Positions 36,666 through 45,860 of a stretch of 64,000 nt of DNA are shown piece after piece; position 1 is the first letter of the stretch, and every line of letters starts with the position of its first letter. The stretch is from positions 6,896 through 70,895 of the forward strand of contig CAVQXS010000003.1 of the NCBI GenBank assembly GCA_963717965.1, in the 5' to 3' direction. The position numbers and the translations under genes are program-made. Origin of the DNA: an uncultured Thermoleophilia bacterium. GTDB taxonomy: Bacteria > Actinomycetota > Thermoleophilia > UBA2241. The notes under the pieces are model-generated. The model did not search any database. It worked only from the letters and a program-made list of their open reading frames with translations, and was not told where the DNA came from.

Positions 36666-37528
36666 CGGCGGTGGGCTCCTGGATCCTCCTCGCGATCGTG
36701 ATCGCGGTGGCGCTGCTGCTGGGGCTGCCGCCACTGCTGCGCCGGCGACGGGACCGCCACCGGCGCGACGTCATCCGGCAGCTGGAGCAGCAGCGCAGCT
36801 CGCGCGTCATCACGCTGATCCACCGCCAGGAGACGGTGAGCATCCTGGGCCTGCCGTTCGGCCGTTACATCGACATCGACGACTCCGAGCAGCTGCTCCG
36901 CGCCATCCGCCTCACCCCGGCGGAGATGCCCATCGACCTCGTCGTGCACACGCCGGGCGGGCTGGTGCTCGCCAGCGACCAGATCGCCTATGCGCTCAAG
37001 CGGCACGCCGGCAGGGTCACGGTCATCGTGCCGCACTACGCGATGTCCGGCGGCACGCTCGTGGCCCTGGCCGCCGACCAGATCCTCATGGACCCCGACG
37101 CGGTGCTCGGCCCTGTCGACCCGCAGCTCGGCAGCCTGCCGCGCGGGTCGTGGCCGGCGGCGTCGATCCTCAAGGCCTTGGAGCAGGACAACCCCAACCG
37201 CGACGACGAGACGCTGATCCTCGGCGACGTCGCGCGCAAGGCGATCGACCAGGTGCGCGAGACGGTGCGCGAGCTGCTCTCGGGCCGCGTGGACGACGCC
37301 GAGGCGGAGCGCCTCGCGGCCCTGCTCAGCGAAGGGCGCTGGACCCACGACTACCCGATCCGCCTGGACGAGGCGCGGGCGCTCGGGCTGCCCGTCTCCG
37401 ACGCCGTGCCCGAGCTCGTCTACGACCTCATGACGCTATACCCGCGGCGCAGCCAGCGGCGGCCGTCGGTGGAGTTCATCCCCACGCCGTACCGCACGCG
37501 CGGGCGCAGCGGGGAAGACGGACGATGA
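36662..37528 (+). CDS. SDH-family Clp-fold serine proteinase (membrane-anchored)
   Basis: N-terminal TM WILLAIVIAVALLLGL, then IDLVVHTPGGLVLASDQIAYALKRHAGRVTVIVPHYAMSGGTLVALAADQILM (ClpP/crotonase-like, PF01972-type pattern). Confidence 0.8.
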   Translation: MTAVGSWILLAIVIAVALLLGLPPLLRRRRDRHRRDVIRQLEQQRSSRVITLIHRQETVSILGLPFGRYIDIDDSEQLLRAIRLTPAEMPIDLVVHTPGGLVLASDQIAYALKRHAGRVTVIVPHYAMSGGTLVALAADQILMDPDAVLGPVDPQLGSLPRGSWPAASILKALEQDNPNRDDETLILGDVARKAIDQVRETVRELLSGRVDDAEAERLAALLSEGRWTHDYPIRLDEARALGLPVSDAVPELVYDLMTLYPRRSQRRPSVEFIPTPYRTRGRSGEDGR

Positions 37529-38256
37529 CGGACGACGCAGGGCAGCGCTATCTCAGGGAGACGCGGCACAGCCGCGCGCACCTCGTGGGCGGGCGCATGG
37601 ACTGGTCCCACCAGCCCAGCTGGTTCACGACCTACCCGGACGCGCCGCGCGTGCCGCTTCCCGACCTCGCGCTCGACGACAGCGGCCTCTTCGACGCCCT
37701 CGCCCGGCGGCGGAGCCTGCGCGCGTACGCGCCGCCGCCGCTCGCGCTCGGCGAGCTCGCGGCGTTGCTGTGGGCGGCCGCCGGCGTCACGGCGCGGCAG
37801 GAGGGCTTCGCCTTCCGCACCGCGCCGTCGGCCGGCGGCCTCTACCCCATCGAGCACTACGTGGTCGCGAACAGCGTCGACGGGCTCGAGCCCGGCCTGT
37901 ACCACTACGACGTCCTCGGCCGCGCGCTCGAACGGCTGCACGCAGGAGACCTGCGGCTGCCCGTCGCCCACGCCGCGCTCGACCAGCACATCGCCGCCGA
38001 CGCCCAGGCCGTCTTCGTGTGGACGGCGGTGCTCGAGCGTTCGCGCTGGAAGTACGGCGAGCGCTTCGTGCGCTACGTGCTGCTCGACGCCGGCCACATC
38101 GCCGGGAACGTCGCCCTGGCGGCGACCGCTCTCGGCCTGGGCAGCTGCCAGATCGCCGCCTTCTTCGACGAGGAGGCGGCCGGCCTGCTCGGCGTCGACC
38201 CCGACCTCGAGCCGGTCGTCTACATGAGCACCGTGGGGCGCCCGCTGGTCGAGTGA
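37525..38256 (+). CDS. SagB/ThcOx-type dehydrogenase (nitroreductase superfamily)
   Basis: ATG 37525 overlaps the protease stop (ATGA). RRSLRAY, RTAPSAGGLYPIE, GLYHYD, and LLDAGHIAGNVALAATALGLGSC. Confidence 0.8.
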   Translation: MTDDAGQRYLRETRHSRAHLVGGRMDWSHQPSWFTTYPDAPRVPLPDLALDDSGLFDALARRRSLRAYAPPPLALGELAALLWAAAGVTARQEGFAFRTAPSAGGLYPIEHYVVANSVDGLEPGLYHYDVLGRALERLHAGDLRLPVAHAALDQHIAADAQAVFVWTAVLERSRWKYGERFVRYVLLDAGHIAGNVALAATALGLGSCQIAAFFDEEAAGLLGVDPDLEPVVYMSTVGRPLVE

Positions 38257-38351
38257 CGGGGCCGCGTCCGGCCGGGGAGTGAGCTCACCAGTGGTGCCAC
38301 GACGGTACCGGCGACGGTCGCGCAGGCGCCTGCCTCAGCCAGAGGCCAGCG

Positions 38352-39272
38352 TCAGTCGCGAGGCGTCGGCGGGTCCTCGCCCGGGGAGCCCGCACCGCCG
38401 ACGCGCTCCGCGAGCCAGGCCGCGACGTCGTCGAAGACCCGGTCGCGGCCCGTCTCGTTGAAGAGCTCGTGGTAGAAGTCCTCGTAGGGCACGAGCTTCT
38501 TATCAGCCGACCCGGCTGTGGCGAAGAAGGCCTCCGCGAACGCCGGATCGGCGACCGCGTCCTCCTTGCCGTACAGCAGCAGCAGCGGCAGCGTGACGCG
38601 CGGTGCGGCGGTGAGCGCCGCATCCTGGGCGCTCAGGGTCTCGGCCGCCCAGCGCGCCGGCGCCACGTGGTGCACGAGCGGATCGGTGACATAGGCCTCG
38701 ACCACCGCCCGATCGTGCGAGAGGTCCTTCGCGAGCACGGTATTGCCGATGTCGCGGCCCGGCCAGACGGCGGAGAGCGCCTTGGCACCGAGCAGCTTGA
38801 CCGGCTCCGGCTGCACGGTCAGGGCGAAGAACGGCGAGGAAAGGATGAGCGCCATGAAGTCGCAGTGGCGCTCCTCCGCGAAGCGCGCGCAGATGAGCCC
38901 GCCGAGGCTGTGCCCGAGCAGCACCACGGGCGTGCCGGGCTGGCGGCGGCGCACCTCGTCCAGAAAGAGCGCGGTGTCATCGAGGTAGTCGTCGAACCGC
39001 TTGATCTGGCCGCGCGTGCCGGTCGATAGGCCGTGCCCGCGCAGGTCGTAGGCGTAGACAGCATAGCCGCGCGCGGCCATGTCCTCCCCGAACCAGGTGT
39101 GGCGGCCGCCGTGGTCGCCGTACCCATGGACGAGGGCGATCACGGCCGCCGGCTCCACGAACTGCTCGAGATCCGGGCCGGCCGGCAGCCAGGCCTGCAG
39201 GTGCAGGAGCACGCCGGCGGCCCCCTGAAACTGGGCCGACGTGTGACGGGGGGTAGAGGCAGCCGCGCTCAT
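38352..39272 (-). CDS. Alpha/beta hydrolase (lysophospholipase/monoacylglycerol-lipase-like)
   Basis: HGYGDHGGR, YDLRGHGLS, and the nucleophile elbow GHSLGG. Confidence 0.85.
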   Translation of the reverse strand: MSAAASTPRHTSAQFQGAAGVLLHLQAWLPAGPDLEQFVEPAAVIALVHGYGDHGGRHTWFGEDMAARGYAVYAYDLRGHGLSTGTRGQIKRFDDYLDDTALFLDEVRRRQPGTPVVLLGHSLGGLICARFAEERHCDFMALILSSPFFALTVQPEPVKLLGAKALSAVWPGRDIGNTVLAKDLSHDRAVVEAYVTDPLVHHVAPARWAAETLSAQDAALTAAPRVTLPLLLLYGKEDAVADPAFAEAFFATAGSADKKLVPYEDFYHELFNETGRDRVFDDVAAWLAERVGGAGSPGEDPPTPRD

Positions 39273-39276
39273 GTCG

Positions 39277-39492
39277 TCACTTCGTGAGCGCGGCCCGGAT
39301 CGAAGCGGAGATGGCGGTCAAGCCGCCCTCCAGCTCCTCGGGCAGCGGCCACGCGTAGCCGATGCGCATGTGGCGCCTGTCCTGTTCGAACCAGTGCCCG
39401 GGCCCGATGCGGTCGTAGCCGAACTGCTCGGGAGACTCCTCCTCGATCGGCATGCGGCGGTACTTCAAGGCGGTGACCTCCTGGCGGCTCAC
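39277..39492 (-). pseudogene. Internally deleted class I/II aminotransferase remnant (71 codons)
   Basis: MPIEEESPEQF parallels the N-terminus MRIEPFFVEQW of the aminotransferase at 31671-32798. PGHWFEQDRRHMRIGYAWPLPEELEGGLTAISASI parallels that protein's C-terminus PGVAFGEEHAVRLGYACARDVLEGGLAAVSDYL. The whole PLP-binding core is absent. Confidence 0.5.
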
Positions 39493-39581
39493 GGACTGCC
39501 CGGCAACCCTACATCCGACCGGGGCGAACGCGCACCGGCCGCACCGTGCTAGAGTCTCAGCTCACGCCCGGGAGGAAGTCC

Positions 39582-39830
39582 ATGGCCGTCCGCCGCCGCA
39601 TCGTCCGCTACCCGATCTACAGGCGCAACTTCACGACCAGCGCCGCCGTCCTCTCGACGCTCATCAAAGTCTGCCAGACGCGCGGCATGAAGCCGATGCT
39701 CTTCGAGCTGTCGCGCAACACGGCGATCATCGGCAGCTCCCAGAGCGCGCCGACGGCCGGTATCCTTCCCATCCGCGTCCGCCGCAGCCGCGGCGACGGA
39801 CTCAAGGGACTGCCGCCGTGTCGACCCTGA
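39582..39830 (+). CDS. Hypothetical 82-aa protein overlapping the mntP start
   Basis: ATG 39582 after GGGAGGAAG; very high GC3. MAVRRRIVRYPIYRRNFTTSAAVLSTLIKVCQTRGMKPMLFELSRNTAIIGSS... has no domain I can name. Its 3' end overlaps mntP by 13 nt. Confidence 0.5.
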   Translation: MAVRRRIVRYPIYRRNFTTSAAVLSTLIKVCQTRGMKPMLFELSRNTAIIGSSQSAPTAGILPIRVRRSRGDGLKGLPPCRP

Positions 39831-40381
39831 CGCTCCTCGGGATCGCGATCGGCCTCGCCATGGACGCCTTCGCCGTGGCCATCGGCGCCGGCCTCCAGCT
39901 CTGCAGCGTCACCAAACGCCAGACCTTCCGCATGGCCTGGCACTTCGGCCTGTTCCAGGCGTTCATGCCCATCATCGGCTGGCTGGCGGGCCTGACGCTG
40001 GTCGACTACATCGCCCCGGTCGATCACTGGATCGCCTTCGGCCTGCTTGCGATCATCGGCGGCAAGATGATCTACGAGGCGCTCAAGCATCAGGAAGAAG
40101 ACGTGGACCGGTGCGACCCGACCAAGGGCTGGAGACTCGTCATGCTCTCCGTCGCCACGAGCATCGACGCGCTGGCCGTGGGCCTCTCCCTGGCCGTGCT
40201 CGGCGTCGACATCTGGTACCCCGCGCTGGTGATCGGCGTCGTCGCCGGCGTCCTGACCGTGGTCGGCCTCGAGCTCGGTTGCCGCTTCGGCTCGCTGCTC
40301 GGCCGCCGCATGGAGGTCGTCGGCGGCCTCATCCTCATCGGGATCGGCGTCAAGATCCTCGTCGAGCACCTCTGGGGCTAG
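39818..40381 (+). CDS. mntP: Manganese efflux pump MntP
   Basis: GTG 39818. LGIAIGLAMDAFAVAIGAG and SVATSIDALAVGLSLA are the duplicated DUF204/MntP motifs; six TM segments. Confidence 0.85.
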   Translation: MSTLTLLGIAIGLAMDAFAVAIGAGLQLCSVTKRQTFRMAWHFGLFQAFMPIIGWLAGLTLVDYIAPVDHWIAFGLLAIIGGKMIYEALKHQEEDVDRCDPTKGWRLVMLSVATSIDALAVGLSLAVLGVDIWYPALVIGVVAGVLTVVGLELGCRFGSLLGRRMEVVGGLILIGIGVKILVEHLWG

Positions 40382-40404
40382 GCTGACCGGAGTGGGTTTC
40401 TCGA

Positions 40405-40423
40405 GACGTCGGCCGGCGACGTC
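40405..40423. terminator. Short hairpin between convergent mntP and msrA
   Basis: GACGTCG-GCCGG-CGACGTC (7-bp stem, 5-nt loop); no U-tract. Confidence 0.3.
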
Positions 40424-40426
40424 GCG

Positions 40427-40897
40427 TCAGACGCGGCAGCTGAAGTGCGCGTGCTTCTCGAAGTACTTCTGGTGGTACTCCTCGGCACGCCACCACTCGG
40501 GCGCGGCGGCGATCTGCGTCACGATCGGCCGCTTGAAGACGCGGCTCTCCGTGAGCTGTTCGACGGCCGCGCGCGCCGACTGCTCCTGCTCGGGCGTGTG
40601 GAAGAAGACGGCCGAGCGGTACTGGTCGCCGACGTCCGGCCCCTGGCGGTCGAGTTGCGTCGGGTCGTGCATGCCGAAGAAGGCCGCGAGGAGCTCCTCG
40701 TAGCTGACCAGTCCGGGATCGTACTCGAGGCGCACGGCTTCGGCGTGACCGGTCGTGTGCGAGCAGACCTGCTCGTAGCTGGGGTGCGGCGTGGTGCCGC
40801 CCGTGTAGCCGACCTCGGTGCTGGTGACGCCCGGCAGCCCGGCGAAGCGCTGCTCGACGCCCCAGAAGCAGCCGGCGGCAAAGGTGGCGGTGGCCAT
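40427..40897 (-). CDS. msrA: Peptide-methionine (S)-S-oxide reductase
   Basis: ATG 40897. The catalytic motif GCFWG occurs in [18 protein letters not shown], plus [12 protein letters not shown] and YHQKYFEK. Confidence 0.9.
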   Translation of the reverse strand: MATATFAAGCFWGVEQRFAGLPGVTSTEVGYTGGTTPHPSYEQVCSHTTGHAEAVRLEYDPGLVSYEELLAAFFGMHDPTQLDRQGPDVGDQYRSAVFFHTPEQEQSARAAVEQLTESRVFKRPIVTQIAAAPEWWRAEEYHQKYFEKHAHFSCRV

Positions 40898-41001
40898 GGG
40901 TCCGTCCTGTCGTCGCGGGTGGCGCGCGCCGCTCCCGGCGGCGCGCCCTGCAAGACGACTGTTCCCCGCGCGCGCCGGAGGCACGCCCGGCGCCGGAGAG
41001 A

Positions 41002-42441
41002 CTACGTGAGCGGCGTCTTCTCCGCCGCGCCGACCCGGGTCGCCGACCGCGGGCGGCTCAGATCCTTGAGGTGGCGACGCTGGGCGCGGTTCTTGGCGGC
41101 AGTCCACCAGGTGCGCGAGTAGTACCAGAGCCAGCCGTACTCGAGCATGCGGTCCCAGCTCGCCTGGTCGCGATGCCAGAACCAGTGGTGGAACTTCGCG
41201 ACCGGACGCCAGGTGGCGTAGAACTTCTTGTTGGCGCGGATCGTCTCCTGCAGCAGGTGGAGCGGCGTCATCTGGCGCGGGCGGAAGACGACGTGCTGGG
41301 CGTCGTAGAACGACCAGTCGCGCTCGATGATGCGACCCTCGGCCTCGAGCTCGGCGAACTGCTGCGTGCCGGGCAGGGGCGTGAGGATGTTGAGCATCAC
41401 CGTGTCGATCTTGTTCTTCAGCGCGAAGCGCAGGGTGTCGCGAAGCGTTCGCTCGGTATCGTGGTCGGCGCCGAGCACGAACATGCCGTGGCTGCGGATG
41501 CCGTAGTCGTGGAGCACCTTGATGGCGTGCTCGATGTCGCCGACGGTCTGCGACTTCTCGAAGCTGTCGAGCGTGTCCTGGTTCACGGACTCGAGGCCGA
41601 GGGCGACGAACTCCGCTCCCGAGGCCCGCATGAGCTCGAGCAGCTCGGGATCGCGCACGACGTCGGTGCGCACCTGAGCGCCCCAGGGCACGGTGATGCC
41701 TTCGTCGATCATCAGCTGGAGGAGCCGCTTGAGGCGCTTCCTGTTGGCGGCCATGTTGTCGTCGTAGAAGAAGATCCTCTCGGGCTGCTTCTCCTTGATC
41801 TCGGCGACGACGCTCTCGGCGCTGCGGAAGCGGTACTTCTTGCCGAACATCGCGGTCACCGAGCAGAAGGTGCAGTCGAAGGGGCAGCCCCAGCTGGTCA
41901 TGATCGGCGTGTTGGTGATGCGCTCGTGCCCGTCGATGAGCGTGATGTCGGGGAAGGGGAGCAGGTCGAGATCGGGGCAGGCCTCGTGCTGCGGGGCATC
42001 CACTCTCCTGCCGTCCTCGCCGAAGTACGAGATGCCGTCGATCGAGCCGAGCTCGCGGTCGCCGGCCAGCACCTCGGCGAGCTCGACCATGATCACCTCG
42101 CCACCCTCGCCGCGCGCCACGTAGTCCGCGTGCTGCAGCGCCTCGTCCACCATGAAGGTCACGTGTGACCCGCCGATGATGACCGGGATGCCTCGCCGGC
42201 GCAGCTCGTCGGCGATGCGGTACGCCTCGGGGATGGTCGAGGTGGTGCTCGAGATACCGACGAGGTCCGAGCTGAACACGTCGGCCCAGTCGACCGGCGC
42301 GAGCTGCGGGTTGAAGATGCGCACGTCGTGACCCGCCTCGACGAGCGCCGCCCCGATCATCGGCAGCCCAAGGCGGACGAAGTACGATTTCGACCAGAGG
42401 TGACGGCTCGGGGAGATGGGTTCTATCAGGCGGATCTTCAT
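41002..42441 (-). CDS. B12-binding domain-containing radical SAM protein (class B, DUF4070-like C-terminus)
   Basis: N-terminal Rossmann-like cobalamin-binding region ([35 protein letters not shown]). Radical SAM cluster motif CPFDCTFC. Trp-rich tail [29 protein letters not shown]. Confidence 0.85.
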   Translation of the reverse strand: MKIRLIEPISPSRHLWSKSYFVRLGLPMIGAALVEAGHDVRIFNPQLAPVDWADVFSSDLVGISSTTSTIPEAYRIADELRRRGIPVIIGGSHVTFMVDEALQHADYVARGEGGEVIMVELAEVLAGDRELGSIDGISYFGEDGRRVDAPQHEACPDLDLLPFPDITLIDGHERITNTPIMTSWGCPFDCTFCSVTAMFGKKYRFRSAESVVAEIKEKQPERIFFYDDNMAANRKRLKRLLQLMIDEGITVPWGAQVRTDVVRDPELLELMRASGAEFVALGLESVNQDTLDSFEKSQTVGDIEHAIKVLHDYGIRSHGMFVLGADHDTERTLRDTLRFALKNKIDTVMLNILTPLPGTQQFAELEAEGRIIERDWSFYDAQHVVFRPRQMTPLHLLQETIRANKKFYATWRPVAKFHHWFWHRDQASWDRMLEYGWLWYYSRTWWTAAKNRAQRRHLKDLSRPRSATRVGAAEKTPLT

Positions 42442-42605
42442 GCTGGGGGCGTCCTCACACGGGGGGGTGGCATACGTCAGGGTACGTTCAAGTCTGGACC
42501 ATTACGGCAAAACGGCGCAACCGCTCCAGTATACCGGACTTAAACAGTCCTGTCTCTCGCAGCCGCGCTCGCCGTACTCAGGCTCCCGTCTGCTAGCCTA
42601 CGCAG

Positions 42606-43738
42606 GTGGACTTCGACTTCGACGCACCTATCGAACGCCGCGGCACGGCGAGCTTCAAGTGGGACCTCTATCCCGGCGACGCGCTGCCGCTCTGGGTCGC
42701 CGACATGGACTTCGCCTCGCCGCCGCAGGTGGTCGAGGCGCTCGAGGCCCGCGCCGCGCACGGCGTCTTCGGCTACTCGCTGGTCCCCGACCCCTGATCG
42801 AGGCGATCGTCGCCCACCTCGAGCGGCGCTACGGCTGGCGCATCGACGGCGAATGGATCGTGTGGCTGCCCAGCGTCGTACCGGGGCTGAACCTCGCCTG
42901 CGACGCCTTCGCCGCGCCCGGCGAGGCCGTGCTCACCGTCACGCCGGTCTACCCGCCGTTCCTGGAGGCGCCCGGCGGGCGCGGCCGGCGGCTGGTCACC
43001 GTGCCGGCCGAGCTCAGAGACGGGCGCTGGGAGCTGCCGCTGGAGGGCCTCGAGGCGGCGGTGACCCGCGACGCGCGCGTGCTGCTCCTGTGCCACCCGC
43101 ACAACCCGCTCGGGCGCGTGTGGCGACGCGAGGAGATCGAGACCGTCGCGGACTTCTGTCGCGGGCACGACCTCGTGCTCGTGAGCGACGAGATCCACTG
43201 CGACCTGATCCTCGACGACCTCGCGCACGTGCCGGCCGCGCTCGCCTGCCCCCGTGACGCCGGCCGCATCGTGACGCTGATGTCGCCGAGCAAGACCTTC
43301 AACCTGCCGGGCCTCAACTTCGCCTTCGCGATCGTCGAGGACGAGGAGCTGCGGCGGCGGTTCGTCAAGCCGGGCGAGGGGCTGCTCCCCTTCCCCGGCT
43401 GCTTCGCCGTCACGGCCGCCGAGGCGGCCTACCGCGAGGGCGGCGCCTGGCACGCCGGCCTGCTCGACTACCTGCGCGGCAACCGCGACGCGCTCGAGGC
43501 CTTCGTCGCAGCGGAGCTTCCGCGCGTCGGCATGACGCACGTCGAGGCCACCTATCTCGCCTGGCTCGACGTGCGCGCCCTGGGCCTCGACGACCCGTCG
43601 GCGGCATGCCGGGCCGCCGGGGTGGCGCTCTCGGCCGGGGCCGCCTTCGGCGACCCGGCCTACCTGCGCCTCAACTTCGGCTGCCGCCGCGAGACCCTGG
43701 ACGAGGCGCTCCGCCGCCTCGCCACGGCCCTCGCCTGA
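42606..43738 (+). CDS. MalY/PatB-type PLP-dependent C-S lyase (cystathionine beta-lyase-like); frame break at codon ~62 as assembled
   Basis: N-terminus ORF 42606..42797 (IERRGTASFKWDLYPGDALPLWVADMDFASPP...GYSLVPDP). It continues in the frame of ORF 42416..43738 (LIEAIVAHLERRYGW...CHPHNPLGRVW...SPSKTFNLPGL). The junction lies in CCCCGACCCCTGA. Confidence 0.8.
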
Positions 43739-43807
43739 CGGCCCTTCCGCGGCCGGCTGGCCGCGTGGCCCGCGGGCGCCGTCCGTGCCGCGGCCCGGCG
43801 GAGCCGG

Positions 43808-45097
43808 ATGCTACACTGCCGCATGATGAGCAGCCCCAGCAGCAGTGCCCGGCCGCCCCGCCGGCGCATCCGCCGCGCGCACACGGCGCGCGTGTACCGG
43901 CGCCGGCGCATCGTCGCCCTCATCGTCGTCATCGTTCTCTTTGGCGTTCTGGCCGGCCTGTTGTGGGCGGCCTTCGCCGGCTGCGGCGGCGACTCGCAGG
44001 ACGGCTCGGCGAGCGGTCCCGGCAAGACCTCGGGCTCCGCCGACGCCAAGCTGGCGCCCTCGCCGAGCGCCACCGCCTGGACCGGGCCGCCGTCCTCCTC
44101 GCTCGACCTCAAGCTGCGCAAGACGATCGTGAGCGCCGACATCTCGCCCAAGTCGGTGGTGAGCACCGGCACCGGCTACGTCTTCGCCCAGAACATGATG
44201 TACCAGCACACGATGACGGTGTACGACGCCGCGACCCTGAAGCTGGTCGAGACGATCCCGGACGAGATCGACGCCGGTAGGTTCCACATCCGCGGGCACG
44301 GCGGCACCGTCCAGGGGGCGCCCGTCGAGGCCGCCGCCATGCCAGACGGGCGCTTCATGTACGTCTCGCAGTACTCGATGTTCGGAGACGGCTACGCGGA
44401 GGGCCAGGACGTCTGCTCGCCGGGCGACGGCACCGACAAGAGCTACGTCTACCGCGTACCGCTCGACACCCTCGTGGTGGACAAGGTGATCCCGGTCGGC
44501 GCCGTCCCCAAGTGCCTCGCCGTGGCGCCCGACCAGAAGTACCTGCTGGTGAGCAACTGGTGCTCGTACAGCCTGAGCGTGGTCGACATCCGAACCAGCA
44601 AGCAGATCAGGGCCGTCTCCCTGGGCCCGTACCCGCGCGGCATCGCCGTATCGCCGGACTCGACGACCGCCTACGTGGCGGTGATGGGAAGCTCGGACAT
44701 CGCCGTCGTCGACCTCGGGGACTTCTCGCTCTCGTGGATCCGCGGCGTCGGCAGCGGCCCGCGGCATCTCTGCATGGCCCCCAACGGCAAGTACCTTTAC
44801 GCGACGCTCAACAACGAGGGCAGCGTCGCGAAGATCGATCCCCAGAAGCGCGAGGTCGTGGACAAGGTAGCAACAGGGGCGCAGCCGCGCAGCATGGCGA
44901 TCGCGCCCGACGGCAAGTCGCTGTTCGTGGTCAACTACGACTCGAGCACGATGAGCATGGTCCGCACCAGCGATATGAAGGTGCTCGACACGCTGAACAC
45001 CAACGCCCGGCCCATCGGGATCACCTACGACGCGCCGACCAGGAGTGTGTGGCTCTGCTGCTACACGGGCAGCATCATGGTCTTCAAGCAGGTCTGA
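43808..45097 (+). CDS. Membrane-anchored YVTN/YncE-type beta-propeller repeat protein
   Basis: N-terminal basic segment plus TM (IVALIVVIVLFGVLAGLLWAAF), then repeated G..P..(I/L)A(V/I).PDG motifs (PKCLAVAPDQKYLLVSN, PRGIAVSPDSTTAYVA, PRHLCMAPNGKYLYAT, PRSMAIAPDGKSLFVVN). The start is uncertain. Confidence 0.75.
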   Translation: MLHCRMMSSPSSSARPPRRRIRRAHTARVYRRRRIVALIVVIVLFGVLAGLLWAAFAGCGGDSQDGSASGPGKTSGSADAKLAPSPSATAWTGPPSSSLDLKLRKTIVSADISPKSVVSTGTGYVFAQNMMYQHTMTVYDAATLKLVETIPDEIDAGRFHIRGHGGTVQGAPVEAAAMPDGRFMYVSQYSMFGDGYAEGQDVCSPGDGTDKSYVYRVPLDTLVVDKVIPVGAVPKCLAVAPDQKYLLVSNWCSYSLSVVDIRTSKQIRAVSLGPYPRGIAVSPDSTTAYVAVMGSSDIAVVDLGDFSLSWIRGVGSGPRHLCMAPNGKYLYATLNNEGSVAKIDPQKREVVDKVATGAQPRSMAIAPDGKSLFVVNYDSSTMSMVRTSDMKVLDTLNTNARPIGITYDAPTRSVWLCCYTGSIMVFKQV

Positions 45098-45104
45098 GCT
45101 CGGG

Positions 45105-45812
45105 TCAGCGCTGGGATCTGAGCTCGCGCACGCCCTCCGCGCCGCCCACCAGCGCGACGTCCGCCCGGCGAAAGGCGAAGATCCCGCACGCGACGACGCC
45201 GGGGATCGCCTCGAGCTCGGCCTCGAGCCGTTCCGGGTCGCTCAGGTCGAGGCCGGTCACGTCGAGCACCGCGGCGCCGTCGTCGGTGAGGTAGCCGGGG
45301 CGGGCGGCGGGGCTGCCGCCCAGTGCGCGCACGCGCCCGGCCACGAGCGCCGTCGCCATCGGCAGCACGGCGAGGGGCACCGGGGCCGGGTCGCCGGCCG
45401 GGACGTCGGACCTGCCGCCGGCCGGGCCGCCGCCCAGGCGCGCCACCAGCTTGGTCTCGTCGACGATGCAGACGAAGAGCGCGGCGGCGCTCGCCACCAC
45501 CTTCTCGCGGGCGAGCGCCCCCCCGGCGCCCTTTATCAGGCGCAGCTCCGGGTCGACCGCGTCGGCGCCGTCGACGTAGAGGGGCAGCGACGGGGCGCGC
45601 TCCAGACCGGCGACCGCGATGCCGGCTGCGCGCAAAGACGCCGCCGAGGCTTCCGAGCTCGCGACGGCGGTCGTCACCAGGCCGGGGCGCGCCGCCAGCG
45701 CCTCGATGAAGGCGGCGGCCGTGGTCCCCGTCCCGACGCCGATGGTCATGCCCGGCGTCACGTAGCCGATCGCCGCCTCGGCGGCGGCACGCTTCTGCTC
45801 GTCGCGGGTCAT
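45105..45812 (-). CDS. rpiA: Ribose-5-phosphate isomerase A
   Basis: IGVGTGTTAAAFIEAL, YVDGADAVD, and LIKGAGGALAREKV. Confidence 0.85.
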   Translation of the reverse strand: MTRDEQKRAAAEAAIGYVTPGMTIGVGTGTTAAAFIEALAARPGLVTTAVASSEASAASLRAAGIAVAGLERAPSLPLYVDGADAVDPELRLIKGAGGALAREKVVASAAALFVCIVDETKLVARLGGGPAGGRSDVPAGDPAPVPLAVLPMATALVAGRVRALGGSPAARPGYLTDDGAAVLDVTGLDLSDPERLEAELEAIPGVVACGIFAFRRADVALVGGAEGVRELRSQR

Positions 45813-45860
45813 AGACTACAGATGCCCGAGGACTCCCAGGCCCTCACCTCAGGAGGAGCG

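Noticed and set aside
39500-39817. yybP-ykoY Mn riboswitch in front of mntP.
   Set aside because: I could not find the conserved riboswitch elements by eye. The interval instead has a strong RBS and an 82-codon ORF with coding-type GC3. This needs a covariance-model scan to be certain.
42442-42605. SAM or cobalamin riboswitch in the divergent region between the radical SAM gene and the PatB-type lyase.
   Set aside because: The region has lower GC. However, I found no B12-box (GCCACTG-like) and no SAM-I or SAM-IV core sequences by eye.
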